A DNA stretch of 63,458 bases, filler included, from an uncultured Methanosarcinales archaeon (lineage in GTDB: Archaea > Nanobdellota > Nanobdellia > Woesearchaeales > CAYXTQ01): the NCBI GenBank assembly GCA_964608065.1. It is 6 parts of 6 records of this genome, joined end to end, with 100 filler letters (N's around TTAATTAATTAA, not from the genome) between each part and the next. Parts side by side here need not be neighbours in the genome. Positions count along the whole stretch, not along the records: positions 23,669 to 34,790 come from CAZSMA010000050.1; positions 34,891 to 46,012 come from CAZSMA010000051.1; 4 more parts are not named here. The stretch is one strand, 5' to 3'. The translations under genes and the position numbers were made by a program. How positions within the stretch are numbered: position 1 is the stretch's first letter; every line of letters starts with the position of its first letter. This document shows positions 30,572-40,028 of the stretch, one piece after another. The notes below the pieces were generated by a model. The model made no database searches. It had not been told where the DNA came from and saw only the letters and a list, made by a program, of their open reading frames with translations.

Positions 30572-30771
30572 TTGATCACCTTCTTCCTTATAAGATCCAA
30601 TAGTTCTTTTTGATTAACTAATTCTTTGACTGCAATAAGAATATCATCAACCTCATACCAATAAATCTCAGAATTAAGGTCTATACCTAAATCTTGCCTT
30701 GCTTCATTCGGCAGTGTTACTTGCCCTTGCTTTGTAAGCTTTGCTTTTCCTATGAATTTGATGTTGGTAAT
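30568..30771 (-). CDS. AbrB/MazE/SpoVT DNA-binding protein (not in ORF track; probable ATT start)
   Basis: (M)TNIKFIGKAKLTKQGQVTLPNEARQDLGIDLNSEIYWYEVDDILIAVKE...; SD GAGGTG 8 nt before ATT; in-frame TAG TAA immediately upstream. Confidence 0.85.
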   Translation of the reverse strand: MTNIKFIGKAKLTKQGQVTLPNEARQDLGIDLNSEIYWYEVDDILIAVKELVNQKELLDLIRKKVIK

Positions 30772-30869
30772 TTACTAAACACCTCAATTATTAATATTAA
30801 TAATCATATTACTTATCTTAATATTATTAGAAGTAATAATTAGTATTTAAAGGTTTTGGTTTTACCTGC

Positions 30870-30900
<31 letters not shown>

Positions 30901-31005
30901 TTGGGGCAGAAAAAAAAAAAAAAAAAAAAATGATAGCTTTTTGTGTGCAAGATAAGAAAGATTTAAATAATAATCCTTGCCACTAATAATACTTCCTAGG
31001 GGGGA

Positions 31006-32142
31006 GTGATAAATATGCTGGATAAAACAGTAAACAAAATATGGAAAAAGATAATGATTGGCGGAAGCCTGATTTTGCTAACAGCCCAAGCCATAGGTGC
31101 TTATGACAACAAAACAATTTATCATGAATATAACAGCAGTGCAAGAAGTGTTGAGCCTATTGAGAATTCTATTCATCAGCAGGAAGAACAGAAAACAGCT
31201 GAATACCTTGCAGCCATGGACCCAAAAAAAACCATTGATGATAAGATAAGGCTGCTTGAGACTTATGTAAATAAATGGAATGGTTCCCAGTATCATCATT
31301 ATGCTTATGCTGAACTTGCATACAGTTACCAAAGCAAACAAAACTTTGATAAAATAATTGTCCATGGAGATAAAGCACTTGTATACAAGGAGCTTAATGA
31401 CAAAGATAGAACCCGTGTGTTATTGTGTGTTGCCAATGCTTATGCATCCAGCCAGAAAAACCAGAACTTGGATAAAGCAAAGAATTATATTGATAGGTCG
31501 TATCAGATAGCAGATGCCCATAAAAATGAACAAGAATGGGGTGCTCTTTATAATTTAACGAAAAATGCAAAAACAGCAATTAATAATTTTATAAACCAGC
31601 AAAACAAGGTAAAAACCCCACCCCCACCTAGTGCATATACCTATCATAATGAAAAGAATTATACCATGGCTGAGCAGGAATTTGCAAAAATGAATGATAA
31701 TAGTGCCAAATTTAGTTATTATTATGGCAGAACCTTGTTTTTTACTAAGAAATATGATATGTCCATAGAAAATCTTGTGACTGCAAGTGTCATGGACTCT
31801 GAAAAAAACTATCCAAAAGCATTGGAAACAGCCAAAAGCATATTCTTAAACCATATATACAAGGACTCTACAGGAAAGAATTATAACACCCTTATAGAAG
31901 AATCTAGTAAGCGTACAAACGCTGAGATTGCAATACTGAACAAGAAATTTAATGAGAAATGGCCAGAAGGAAAAGAGCTCACAGAAGAAGAGGAAGCAGT
32001 GTACAAGGCTGAGCTAAAAATTCTGAAAAGAGATATTGAAATAGAGGAGAATGATGTAATGGCTTATCACAGCCAGCTGCAGGAAAAAGCAAATAAGGCT
32101 TTTAATGACATTGTTAATCGTATCAAGCAAAAAATAAAATAA
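31006..32142 (+). CDS. Secreted TPR-repeat protein
   Basis: Signal-peptide-like N-terminus, helical TPR-like segments, PPPP linker. Confidence 0.75.
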   Translation: MINMLDKTVNKIWKKIMIGGSLILLTAQAIGAYDNKTIYHEYNSSARSVEPIENSIHQQEEQKTAEYLAAMDPKKTIDDKIRLLETYVNKWNGSQYHHYAYAELAYSYQSKQNFDKIIVHGDKALVYKELNDKDRTRVLLCVANAYASSQKNQNLDKAKNYIDRSYQIADAHKNEQEWGALYNLTKNAKTAINNFINQQNKVKTPPPPSAYTYHNEKNYTMAEQEFAKMNDNSAKFSYYYGRTLFFTKKYDMSIENLVTASVMDSEKNYPKALETAKSIFLNHIYKDSTGKNYNTLIEESSKRTNAEIAILNKKFNEKWPEGKELTEEEEAVYKAELKILKRDIEIEENDVMAYHSQLQEKANKAFNDIVNRIKQKIK

Positions 32143-32162
32143 GGAATACATGTGATTCTAAA

Positions 32163-32813
32163 ATGAAAAAAATATCACAAGGAGCAGAAGCAATCATTTA
32201 CTTAGATAAAGATATAATCAAAGACAGGATAAGAAAAAACTACAGAATCAAAGAGATAGATGAACCTTTGAGAAAGTTCAGGACAAAAAGAGAAGCAAAA
32301 ATATTAGAAAAACTAGCTTTAATCAATTTTCCTTCTCCAAAACTAATCAGATTAGATAAATATAAAATAGTTATGAAAGAAATAAAAGGAAAAAAAATAA
32401 GAGATGTTCTTGAAAAAAAAGATTTTCTAAAATTAAGCAAAGAAATTGGAAAAAAAATAGCTATACTCCATAACAACAACATTATCCATGGTGATTTAAC
32501 AACTTCAAACATGATCTTAGAGAATGAAATTTTTTTTATTGATGCTGGGAAATCAAAGATTTCCGGCATCTCTAAAAAAAACAAAGTTTTTTTTATAGAT
32601 TTCGGCCTATCTTACTTCTCTCATAAAACAGAAGATAGGGCAGTTGATCTGCATCTATTAAAACAAGCATTAGAATCTAAACACTATAAAGTTTGGGATA
32701 AATGTTTTAAATCAGCACTGCAAAGCTATAAATCTAATGCTGATAATTCTAAAGAAACATTACAAAGATTAGAGCAAGTAGAAGGAAGAGGAAGGTATAA
32801 GGGTAAGAATTAA
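32163..32813 (+). CDS. bud32: KEOPS kinase Bud32 (with 19-aa in-frame insertion)
   Basis: QGAEA, RTKREAK, IIHGDLTTSN, IDFGL, EDRAVDL, RGRY. Confidence 0.96.
   Translation: MKKISQGAEAIIYLDKDIIKDRIRKNYRIKEIDEPLRKFRTKREAKILEKLALINFPSPKLIRLDKYKIVMKEIKGKKIRDVLEKKDFLKLSKEIGKKIAILHNNNIIHGDLTTSNMILENEIFFIDAGKSKISGISKKNKVFFIDFGLSYFSHKTEDRAVDLHLLKQALESKHYKVWDKCFKSALQSYKSNADNSKETLQRLEQVEGRGRYKGKN
32541..32570 (+). repeat. Triloop hairpin element inside the bud32 coding sequence
   Basis: GATGCTG-GGAAATC-AAA-GATTTCC-GGCATC, flanked by near-direct repeats TTTTTTATTGAT / TTTTTTATAGAT 57 nt apart. Confidence 0.88.
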
Positions 32814-32817
32814 TTTT

Positions 32818-33579
32818 CTATTTTAATGATAATGGTGCAAGCTCTTGAGTTAAATATATCTGGCTATTTTTATGCTTTTGCAGATATGAAGCAGGAACTT
32901 TACCAGTTACTGGTCCATGAATAATTTCTTCCATAATCCCTGATAATTTATCTTTATTAGTTCCTATACCTATCGTTCTTTTTACATCCATTATAGTGCC
33001 AATACCCATTGTTATTGCATGAGTAGGAACATTTTGAATTCCTCCAAAATCATCTTCAGCATCTTCTCTAGTACTGTCAGCTAACTCTATTAATCTTGTT
33101 CTAGAATCTTCATCAGAACTTTCTTCGCAAAATGCAATATGACCTTTACTTCCAAACCCATGTAATAATAAGTCAATACCTCCATATTTTTCTATTTTAG
33201 CTTCATATTTTTTGCAGTATTTTTCCACATTCCTCTTCTTTCTGCCATTCATCAAATGAAGATTCCTTTTCTTTATGTTTACATGATTGAATAAATTTTC
33301 CTTGAGGTATCTATTATAACTTTGAGGATGATTAGGTTTAAGACCATAATATTCATCTAGATTGAATGCAATAACATTTGAGAAATCAATCTTTCCTTTA
33401 TCATACCATTCTCTTAACTTTGCATAAATTGGTAATTGAGTATTTCCAGTTGGAAAAGCAATAACTGCTTTTTCTCCTTTTTGATTCTTTTCCTTTATTA
33501 CATCAGCTATCTCCTTTACAACAGATTCAGCAATATCATCTACATTATCTTTTACTATTACTTCTAATCCATTACTCAT
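32818..33579 (-). CDS. nagB: Glucosamine-6-phosphate deaminase
   Basis: FPTGNTQ, FNLDEY, HPQSY, GGIDL, GHIAF, AITMGIGTI, PASYLQKH. Confidence 0.93.
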   Translation of the reverse strand: MSNGLEVIVKDNVDDIAESVVKEIADVIKEKNQKGEKAVIAFPTGNTQLPIYAKLREWYDKGKIDFSNVIAFNLDEYYGLKPNHPQSYNRYLKENLFNHVNIKKRNLHLMNGRKKRNVEKYCKKYEAKIEKYGGIDLLLHGFGSKGHIAFCEESSDEDSRTRLIELADSTREDAEDDFGGIQNVPTHAITMGIGTIMDVKRTIGIGTNKDKLSGIMEEIIHGPVTGKVPASYLQKHKNSQIYLTQELAPLSLK

Positions 33580-33828
33580 TTTTATTCACTTTAATCTATG
33601 AAAACAAATATCAGCTTTTAAATCTTTTTATTTTTACTATCCTATAATAGTTATAAAACCCATAAAAACAAAAGCCTTAAATATATGTTATACTTTCTTC
33701 AACAATGAATTAAAATGGCAAGAGATGATCGTATTCATTGTGAGCAAATTTACTTCTAATTTAATTAGTTCTAACTCTAAATTAATTTCCCAAAACTTTA
33801 TAAACAAATATAGTTTAAATTATCTAAA

Positions 33829-34790
33829 ATGAAACTTCAACTACCAAAAGGAACAAGGGATTTCCCGCCTGAAGAAAAGATTGTAAGGGATAAGATAGTT
33901 GAAACTCTAAAACAAGCATTTGAATTATTTGGTTATTCTCCTTTGGAAACTCCAACTTTTGAAAGATTTGATGTTTTATCATCTAAATTCACAGGAGGAG
34001 AAGAAATTCTAAGGGAAACCTTCAAGTTCAAGGATCAAGGAAATAGAGAACTAGGACTAAAATATGATCTGACAGTACCAATGTGCAGATTCATAGCTAT
34101 GAACCCTAATATTAAGATGCCTTTCAAAAGATATCAGATTGAAAATGTTTACAGAGATGGTCCAACAGGAACAGCAAGATACAGACAATTCCTGCAATGC
34201 GATGCAGATGTTGTTGGATGCAAAGAACTGTTAGCAGATGCTGAAATCATCTCATTATTGGATTTCGCTTTTAAAAAATTAGGATTCAGCTTCACAATCA
34301 AAGTAAACAACAGGAAATTATTGAATGAGATATTAGCTGATTGCGGTGTTAAAGAAAACGATTTTGAGACAGTTATATTATCAATAGATAAATTAGAGAA
34401 ATTCGGAGAAAAAGTTGTTAAAGACGAACTAAAACAAAAAGGAATCAAAGAAGAGGCAATAAAAAAGATTATAAAAACAATAAACATTAAAGGAAACAAT
34501 AAAGAAAAAATAAAAAAAATTAAAGATTCAGAAGGATTAAAAGAAATTAAAGAACTGTTAAACTATCTAGATATTATGAATGTAAAGGTTGAATTTGACA
34601 TCAGCCTTGCTCGTGGCTTAGCTTACTACACAGGCCCTGTTTTTGAAGTTATTCTAAAGAACTCTTCAATCAAATCAAGTGTTGCAGGTGGTGGGAGATA
34701 TGATAAAATGATTGGAGGTTTATTAGGATCTAAACAAGAATATCCTTCAACAGGTGTTAGTTTTGGTGTAGACAGAATCTTTGATGCTTA
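33829..34790 (+). CDS. hisS: Histidyl-tRNA synthetase, 3'-truncated by contig edge
   Basis: PKGTRDF, YDLTVP, RYRQFLQCDAD, ARGLAYYTG, AGGGRYD, GVSFGVDRI. Confidence 0.96.
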
Positions 34791-34890
34791 NNNNNNNNNN
34801 NNNNNNNNNNNNNNNNNNNNNNNNNNNNNNNNNNTTAATTAATTAANNNNNNNNNNNNNNNNNNNNNNNNNNNNNNNNNNNNNNNNNNNN
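34791..34890. other. Artificial contig spacer
   Basis: N + TTAATTAATTAA + N. Confidence 0.98.
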
Positions 34891-34995
34891 CTGCTATAAG
34901 TTTCATAAAATATAATCCAGAATTAGATAATATATAAATGTTACTTGCAAGTTTATGAAAAACTATATAAACCAATAAAAACAGACTTTTAACCT

Positions 34996-35934
34996 ATGTT
35001 AGAAATTATTTTATTTATCTTAGGAGTATTAGGAATATGGTTCTTTGCAGGATTAGTGGTAGATGCTGCTCAAAGAATAGCTAAGCATTTCAATATTTCA
35101 GAAGAATTCATTGGATTAACAATATTATCAATAGGAACCTCATTGCCAGAGATATTTACACACATTATAGCCAGTATTGATATCCTTAAAGGGATAGATG
35201 CTTCAGGTTTAGCTGTAGGAACGAACATTGGCTCAAATATAATACAGATAACATTTGTTCTAGGTTTTATAGCGTTGCTGACAAAAGTCCATTCTGATAA
35301 AAAGATATTAAAAAGAGATTATTTAGTTATGCTTGGTTCAATTTTATTATTATTTTTACTATCTTTAAATTCAACAATTTCAAGAGCAGAAGGGATATTC
35401 ATTACTGCAGCTTATATTGTTTATTTAATAATGATAGCAAGAAAGGAAAAGGTTATTGAAAGAAACAAATTCAAGACAGACTTGTTAAGAGATAGTTTAT
35501 TTATAATAGTTGGAATTGTGGCTTTATTGTATTCTGCAAATCTGGTTGTCAGTAATGCATTAAAAATATCAAGCTTATGGAATTTATCAGGGTCGTTTAT
35601 AGGAACAGTTATAGTGGGAGTGGGCACTGCATTGCCTGAAATGACAGTTGCATTAAGAGCTATACTAAAAGGCTCAACTGGAATCTCATTAGGAACATTA
35701 ATCGGAAGTAATATCACAAACCCAATGTTTGCATTAGGTATTGGAGCAATCATCTCAGGTTATAAAATAAGTCCTGTATTGCTTTATTTTGATTTACCAT
35801 TCTGGTTTGCAGTTTCATTAATAGCATTATATTTCTTCTGGAGAAAATTAAAGTTCGAGAAAAAAGAAGCAATAGTCATGATAATATTGTATATAATTTA
35901 TGTTTTAGTTAAATTAAAGTTCTTTATGCATTAA
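34996..35934 (+). CDS. Ca2+/Na+ antiporter (CaCA family)
   Basis: GTSLPE/GSNI and GTALPE/GSNI alpha repeats. Confidence 0.93.
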   Translation: MLEIILFILGVLGIWFFAGLVVDAAQRIAKHFNISEEFIGLTILSIGTSLPEIFTHIIASIDILKGIDASGLAVGTNIGSNIIQITFVLGFIALLTKVHSDKKILKRDYLVMLGSILLLFLLSLNSTISRAEGIFITAAYIVYLIMIARKEKVIERNKFKTDLLRDSLFIIVGIVALLYSANLVVSNALKISSLWNLSGSFIGTVIVGVGTALPEMTVALRAILKGSTGISLGTLIGSNITNPMFALGIGAIISGYKISPVLLYFDLPFWFAVSLIALYFFWRKLKFEKKEAIVMIILYIIYVLVKLKFFMH

Positions 35935-36346
35935 GATTTTTCTTTTTCAAAGCCAAAGGAGGTCTTCTGAACTCTTTTAACCACATCAATCCAATTCTTA
36001 TCATCTCTTTCTGGAATTTGTCACTAATTCTATATGTTTTCTTGTATAGATCATAATCTATTATACCCATTGATTTCATTGGAGTCAATATCCTGTCATA
36101 AAATTGTCTTTTATTATAAGAAAGTTTTACTTTTTTTCCTTTGTATGGCTCTTCATCTATTTCTGTAACTAAGTCTCCATTATGCAGTTTAGTAGCAAAC
36201 TCTGACATTTCAGGTTTTGTAACTTCTCCTTGTTTTTTCTTAATGTAATCAATCAAAACTTTACCTACGATCTTTTGCTGAGAAGTAGCAAAAACTATTT
36301 CAAATATATCCTCTGGTAAATTAAACTGGTCAAATAAAATTACCAA
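35924..36346 (-). CDS. Conserved hypothetical protein (wHTH-like)
   Basis: YNKRQFYDRILTPMKSMGIIDY...KTYRIS; TTG start with SD GGGGGTG. Confidence 0.75.
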   Translation of the reverse strand: MVILFDQFNLPEDIFEIVFATSQQKIVGKVLIDYIKKKQGEVTKPEMSEFATKLHNGDLVTEIDEEPYKGKKVKLSYNKRQFYDRILTPMKSMGIIDYDLYKKTYRISDKFQKEMIRIGLMWLKEFRRPPLALKKKNLNA

Positions 36347-36504
36347 ATTTACACCCCCTAAATAAACAAAGAAAGAATTCTAGTATATAAATATTATGGT
36401 TTAGTATACTAAAGCTGATTTTGGTATAATTAGATATTATATAGTGAGGGATAGTCTTTTGTTTAAATAAGCAAAATCAAAACATTTAAATATAAGTTAT
36501 TCTA

Positions 36505-36521
36505 TACCATATAGTATGGTA
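36505..36521. promoter_or_regulatory. Palindromic putative operator overlapping the TA start codon
   Basis: TACCATA-TAG-TATGGTA between a TTTAAATA box and ATG 36516. Confidence 0.55.
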
Positions 36522-36800
36522 GAACTAGTATTTGAACATAAGCATATACATAAAAATTACATAGTTGATATTAAAATTTACAAAGTACAAAAAGATAGGT
36601 TTCATCCAGAAGGGTTCAAATATTCGCTTGTATTGATCAAAGACGGAAAAAGAATATTATGTTATGACAACCATGAAAAAAGAGGTCATCATATTCATAG
36701 AGGCTCTAGAGAATCACCTTATGAATTTATAGATGAATGGAAATTAATTGAAGATTTCCAAAAAGACGTTGATAATATTACTAGAGGTGAAATAAAATGA
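36516..36800 (+). CDS. DUF6516 family putative toxin
   Basis: PEGFKYSLVL...RILCYDNHEKRGHHIH...YEF...LIEDF. Confidence 0.8.
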   Translation: MVELVFEHKHIHKNYIVDIKIYKVQKDRFHPEGFKYSLVLIKDGKRILCYDNHEKRGHHIHRGSRESPYEFIDEWKLIEDFQKDVDNITRGEIK

Positions 36801-37177
36801 AAATAAAAAACATTATAGTTGAAATAAAACCTTTGAAAGATGTTTTGAAAGAAGCAGCTGAAGTTATGGAAGATGTAAAGGGGGGTAAAAATGTTAAAAA
36901 AAAGGGTTTAAGTTTTAATAGTGTAGTATCTTTTAGAGAATTCTTTACTCCAAGAAGAATTGAATTATTGCAAGTGATTAAACATAAACAACCTAAATCA
37001 GTATATGAATTAGCTAAATTAACAAACAGGCAAATTAAAAGTGTTGTTGTAGATCTGGATATACTAGTTAAATATGGTTTACTAGAAACAAAAAAAATTA
37101 CTGTTAAAGGTAAGACTGGTTACAAAGTAAAACCAATTTTTGATTATGATAAATTAACAGTTGATATTGCTATGTGA
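36797..37177 (+). CDS. HVO_A0114-like HTH protein, putative antitoxin
   Basis: LSFNS...FTPRRIELL...PKSVYELAKLTNR...VVVDL; ATGA overlap with DUF6516. Confidence 0.8.
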   Translation: MKIKNIIVEIKPLKDVLKEAAEVMEDVKGGKNVKKKGLSFNSVVSFREFFTPRRIELLQVIKHKQPKSVYELAKLTNRQIKSVVVDLDILVKYGLLETKKITVKGKTGYKVKPIFDYDKLTVDIAM

Positions 37178-37191
37178 TTTTTTATTTTTAT

Positions 37192-38538
37192 TTATTTAAA
37201 CTTCATCCCAGGCATATTTCCCTGGAATTTCTTCATCATCTTGTCCATTCCTTTGCCTTTCATCATCTTTACCATCTTTTTTCCCTGTCTATACTGTTTG
37301 ATTAGTTCTCTAACATCTTTTGTAGAAATACCAGAACCTTTAGATATTCTGTCAATTCTAGAAGCATCTAATATTTCAGGATCTTCAAGTTCTTCTTTAG
37401 TCATACCCTGCATTGCAATTTTCCATTTTTCTAATTTACCTTCCTGAACCTGTAAAGCTTCTTTTGGCATCTTGATTTGAGATAAACCTGGAACCATTTC
37501 CATGATCTTATTCAAAGGACCCATTTGTCTCATTGCTTTCATCTGCTCGTATAAATCTATAAGATTAAAATCACCTTTTAACAACCTTTTTCCTAAATCT
37601 TCTGCATCTTCTTCTTTTATCACTTCTTTTGCTTTTTCCAGTAAAGCTTCTAAATCGCCCATTCCTAATAATCTTGAAACAAAGCCTTGTGGATTGAATC
37701 GCTCTAGGTCATTGATTTGTTCTCCAACTCCAATGAACTTGATTGGAGCTTTTGTCACAGCACATGCAGATAATGCTCCTCCTCCCTTAGCAGTTCCATC
37801 CATTTTTGTTGCTACAACACCAGTTATTCCACAGGATTTATGGAATTGCTCTGCTTGTTTTTGAGCAGCTTGTCCTATGTCTGCGCTTATTACTAATAAA
37901 TTTTCATCTGGCTTTACTTTTTCATTAACTGTTTCTATTTCCTCAATTAAATCCTTAGATAAAGCATCTCTTCCAGCAGTATCTATGATAAGAACATCAA
38001 ATTTTTTGTATTCATCTTTGAATTCATTCCATACTTCGATTACGTCTTTTTCCTTTTTGTTTATATAATATGGAACTTTGGCTTTCTTAGCTATTTGCTG
38101 AAGCTGGTCCATAGCGGCTGGCCTATGTATGTCTAATCCGACTAATGCAACTTTATGGCCTCTTGTAGTAAAGAATCTGGCTAGTTTTCCAGCTGTGGTT
38201 GTTTTTCCACTTCCGAATAAACCCACCAACATTATTTTAAAGGGTTTTTTTTTTATTTCTATCTTATGACCTTCTCCACCTAAGAAATTGACTAATTCAT
38301 CATAAACTATTTTTATTAACTGCTCTTTCTTGCTTAATGCTCTAGAATCTTCTTTTAAAGCTCTTTCTTTGATTTTTTTAGTTAGTTCAAATACTAACTG
38401 AACATTAACATCTGATTGTAATAGTGCTTTTTGGATATCTTTAATTAGTTCATTGATTAGTTTTTCATCTACAAAAACTGATTTTGCAATCTTTTGCAAA
38501 GTTCCTTTTAATGAATCTCCTAGTTTTTCTAGTACCAT
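37192..38538 (-). CDS. srp54: Signal recognition particle 54 kDa protein
   Basis: ALLQSDVN, GLFGSGKTT, DTAGR, TKMDGTAKGGG, RLLGMGD, M-domain. Confidence 0.97.
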   Translation of the reverse strand: MVLEKLGDSLKGTLQKIAKSVFVDEKLINELIKDIQKALLQSDVNVQLVFELTKKIKERALKEDSRALSKKEQLIKIVYDELVNFLGGEGHKIEIKKKPFKIMLVGLFGSGKTTTAGKLARFFTTRGHKVALVGLDIHRPAAMDQLQQIAKKAKVPYYINKKEKDVIEVWNEFKDEYKKFDVLIIDTAGRDALSKDLIEEIETVNEKVKPDENLLVISADIGQAAQKQAEQFHKSCGITGVVATKMDGTAKGGGALSACAVTKAPIKFIGVGEQINDLERFNPQGFVSRLLGMGDLEALLEKAKEVIKEEDAEDLGKRLLKGDFNLIDLYEQMKAMRQMGPLNKIMEMVPGLSQIKMPKEALQVQEGKLEKWKIAMQGMTKEELEDPEILDASRIDRISKGSGISTKDVRELIKQYRQGKKMVKMMKGKGMDKMMKKFQGNMPGMKFK

Positions 38539-38539
38539 C

Positions 38540-38597
38540 AGAAATCACCTCCTTGTGATTTCTGGGGTTCCAAAAATCTCCGATTTTTCTGAACCAT
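38540..38597. repeat. Hairpin pair upstream of srp54
   Basis: Minus strand: GGTTCAGAAAAATC-GGA-GATTTTTGGAACC, then CAGAAATCAC-AAGGAG-GTGATTTCTG containing the SD. Confidence 0.8.
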
Positions 38598-38598
38598 T

Positions 38599-39114
38599 TT
38601 AATACAAACTTTTTCCGTTAGCCATAGCAACTATTGCTGGAAAATTCTCAACATGTAAGCGCCATATTGCTTCTGCTTGTCCGAATTCTTCTAATTTATA
38701 GACATTTATAACTCTTTTGATATTTTTAGCAAGTAAAGCTCCTGCTCCACCTGTTGCTTGTAAGTATACACAGTTATATTTTTTTAATATTTTAAGCATA
38801 TCTTTGCTGAATCCTCCTTTTCCGATTATTGCTTTGATTTTGTATTTTTTTATGACTTTTTCCATGAATTTTTCCATTCTTTTAGAAGTTGTTGGTCCTG
38901 CTGAAACAACCTTATAGTTGATTATCTTTTTTTTTACCAAAGGACCGCAGTGGTAGATAACATTTATTTCATCTTTGAATTCTGGTGTTTCTTTGGATAG
39001 AAAATCATGAGCTAAGTCTCTTGCTGTGAAAATTGTTCCAGTCAGATTTACTTTATCCTTTACTTTAAGTTTTTTTATATCTTTTTCTTGTAATGGAATT
39101 TTAAGAGAAATCAT
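38599..39114 (-). CDS. Class I (Fe-S) fumarate hydratase, beta subunit
   Basis: TARDLAH, IYHCGP, AGPTTSKRM, IIGKGG, GGAGAL, EAIW. Confidence 0.92.
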   Translation of the reverse strand: MISLKIPLQEKDIKKLKVKDKVNLTGTIFTARDLAHDFLSKETPEFKDEINVIYHCGPLVKKKIINYKVVSAGPTTSKRMEKFMEKVIKKYKIKAIIGKGGFSKDMLKILKKYNCVYLQATGGAGALLAKNIKRVINVYKLEEFGQAEAIWRLHVENFPAIVAMANGKSLY

Positions 39115-40028
39115 TTTATGTTTTCAATATTCTTTTTTGTGATATTTGCGCTATTGTCTAATTGTTTTTTTGAATCTTCATTTAATTCTAATTGGATTAT
39201 TTCTTTTACTCCATTTTTTCCTAGTTTGACTGGAACTCCTAAGAAGATGTTATTATAACCATATTCTCCTTCCAGATAGACTGACGCTGGCAATATTTCA
39301 TCTGAATCTTTGATTATTGCTTCTACCATTTTTGCAACTGAAGAAGCTGGAGCGTACCAAGCTGAAGTTTTAAGGTATTGTACGATTTCTGCTCCTCCAT
39401 TTTTTGTTTTTTCACTTATTTCATTAATTTTATCTTTGTCCATTGATTCTGTCAAAGGTTTATCATTGACTAAAGTGTGTTCAGGAACAGCAACCATTGA
39501 ATCACCATGTCCACCCAGGACCATTGGTTTGATATTTTTTTTAGAAACATTAAGTTCTTCTGCAATTAAGTTTCCTAATCTTGCAGAATCTAGTATTCCT
39601 GCCATTCCGATAACTCTTTGTTTTGGAAAATTAGTTTCTTTTAAAGCAACATAGCTCATTATGTCTAATGGGTTTGTAACCATTATGATTATAGAATTTG
39701 GAGCAAATTTTTTTATATTTTCGCAGATTGATTTAACAATCTCTATGTTTTTTCCGATTAAATCTTCTCTTGTCATTCCAGGTTTTCTTGTTAATCCTGC
39801 TGTTACAATAACAATATCTGAATCTTTGATTTCTTCAAAGTTTTCAGTTCCGATTATCTTAGTATCATGCTGTTCAACATGTGCTGCTTGTGACATATCC
39901 AAAGCTTTGCCTTTAGCTAATCCTTTAACAATATCTACTAAAAGAACTTCATCTGCTAATTGTTTTTCAGCAATTCTTAAGGCGGTTGTTGCACCAACTT
40001 GTCCTGCTCCTATGATTGAGATTTTCAT
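39111..40028 (-). CDS. mdh: Malate dehydrogenase (LDH-like)
   Basis: IIGAGQVG, TAGLTRKPGMTREDL, TNPLD, GMAGILDSAR, GGHGD. Confidence 0.95.
   Translation of the reverse strand: MKISIIGAGQVGATTALRIAEKQLADEVLLVDIVKGLAKGKALDMSQAAHVEQHDTKIIGTENFEEIKDSDIVIVTAGLTRKPGMTREDLIGKNIEIVKSICENIKKFAPNSIIIMVTNPLDIMSYVALKETNFPKQRVIGMAGILDSARLGNLIAEELNVSKKNIKPMVLGGHGDSMVAVPEHTLVNDKPLTESMDKDKINEISEKTKNGGAEIVQYLKTSAWYAPASSVAKMVEAIIKDSDEILPASVYLEGEYGYNNIFLGVPVKLGKNGVKEIIQLELNEDSKKQLDNSANITKKNIENIK

Noticed and set aside
30787..30804. Perfect palindrome ATTATTAATATTAATAAT upstream of abrB; also TTTAGTATACTAAA at 36400-36413
   Set aside because: Almost pure A/T in an AT-rich genome. They could be operators but are not distinguishable from chance here.
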